The translations under genes and the position numbers were made by a program. Shown in pieces: positions 61,951 to 64,000 of a stretch of 64,000 bases of DNA. This stretch comes from the human T2T-CHM13v2.0 reference genome, Homo sapiens. Each line of letters opens with the position of its first letter. Within the stretch, counting starts at the first letter, position 1. The notes under the pieces were generated by a model that saw only the letters and a list, made by a program, of their open reading frames with translations, did not search any database and was not told where the DNA came from. The DNA lies in NCBI RefSeq assembly GCF_009914755.1, contig NC_060928.1, one strand, 5' to 3'.

Positions 61951-62595
61951 CTCCACGGCCTCACAAAAAATGCCATATGTGTCCACGATTGTGTTACAAA
62001 TGTTGTGTGTATTCGAGTAGTGGTATCACTAGTGTCAAGAACACTGCCTGGAACATAATGGGCTCTCAACAAGTGTCCATTGAATGAATGAGCGAATGTG
62101 GATGTACATTTAAATGTTATGATCTCAATATTGAGAGGTGTGTGTCAAGAAAGGGTCTAGCTCATCTAGGATTTGAGGGTTACGAACACATTTGAGAATG
62201 ATTAAAAGTGTGTTTTCAAAAATATGGTTAAGCCAGGCACCGTGGCATGCAGCTGTAGTCTCAGCTACTCAGGAGGCTAAGGTGGGAGGATTGCTTGAAC
62301 CAAGGAGTTCAAGTCTAGCCTGGGCAACATAGTGAGAAACCATCTCTAAAAATGTGTGTGTGTTGGGACAGGGAGGGTTAAGGTTTTAATTTGAAATATA
62401 CTGCAGGGGATGATGATTTTATAGGACAGAATTAATTGCAGATGTGGACAAATTTACTGACTATAAAATCTACATCAAAATAATGTGAACATTCTTGCCT
62501 CTGCTTCTATTATTTTTCTGCTTGGAATACCTTTGTGCCACCATCTGTCTGTCGCCTATATACACTTAATCCTCAAGAATACAGGGCTGTTCTGG

Positions 62596-63190
<595 letters not shown>

Positions 63191-63204
63191 AAATTTTAAA
63201 AGAT

Positions 63205-63362
63205 CACTATCTGTTCCCACACAAAGAAATAGTAAATGTTTGAGATGATGGATTTGATTTGGTAATTACACTGATTTGATCATTACACATTGTATACATG
63301 TATTGAAATATCACAATGTATCCCATAAATATGTACAGTTATTACGTGTCAATCAAAAACAG
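63205..63362 (+). mobile_element. L1MA 3' terminal fragment
   Basis: aaagaaatagtaaatgtttgagatgatgga..tgatttgatcattacacattgtatacatgtattgaaatatcac. Confidence 0.85.
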
Positions 63363-63703
63363 TAAAGAAAAGAAAACACGCACACACACAGTCTGGAGCC
63401 AGATGCCTGAGTCTGAATCCCATCTCTGCCACTTACTGGGTGAGTATGGGCAATTCACTTAGCCATCCAGGGCCTTTAGACTCTTCAGCAGTACCCACTT
63501 CCTTGAGAGTATTAGGAGGATTCCACGTGTAACTGTAGGTGCAGTCTTGAGAACAACACCAGACCATTATAAGCCTCATCTAAGTATTTTCTGTTATGAT
63601 TATTCATCTAAACATCCAGCCAATGTTTCAACCAACATTTTTCAAGCATCTACTATGTGTCAGGTTCTGTGCATCATGCTGAAGGTAGAAAAGTAAATGA
63701 GCT

Positions 63704-64000
63704 GGCCAGATGCTGTGGCTCATGCCTGTAATCCTAGCACTTTGGGAGGCTGAGGTGGGCAGATCACCTGAGGTCAGGAGTTCGAGATCAGCCTGGCCAA
63801 CATGGTGAAACCCCATCTCTACTACAAATACAAAAAAATTAGCCAGGCGTGGTGGTGGGTGCCTGTAATCCCACCTACTCGGGAGGCTGAGGCAGGAGAA
63901 TCACGTGAACCCAGGAGGCAAAGGTTGCAGTGAGCCATTGCACTCCAGCCTGGGCAGCAAGAGTAAAACTCCATCTTAAAGAGGAAAAAGAAAGAAAGAA
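63704..64000 (+). mobile_element. AluSx-like
   Basis: Dimer running to the window end. Confidence 0.93.

Overview
Human (primate) genomic DNA with about 75 Alu copies (roughly a third of the window) plus older MIR, L2, L1M, hAT-Charlie and LTR fragments. I see no credible protein-coding exon: nearly all ORFs in the track are translations of Alu sequence. The functional core is a CpG island at about 55.2-56.5 kb. It contains a minus-strand non-coding first exon (about 55500->55032, donor AAG|GTAAGG) and two further upstream exon/donor candidates. From memory of the mRNA 5' end (AGACTAGACGCTGAGCGCTCCC...), I identify this as the main promoter and exon 1 of RBM47 (4p14); this is recall, not a database search. 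If correct, positions 1-55031 are the 5' part of its long first intron and 56.6-64 kb is upstream flank. I found no evidence of a new multi-gene system. The best leads are: (i) a cluster of + strand U1 donor sites with matching acceptors in an Alu-free block at 9.9-13.5 kb, a possible antisense spliced RNA; (ii) four fold-back templated-insertion scars inside Alus; (iii) a perfect palindrome and a duplication between two inverted AluY copies; (iv) uORFs, a G4 motif and alternative 5'UTR exons at the promoter. Repeat boundaries are read by eye and approximate, and subfamily calls are tentative.
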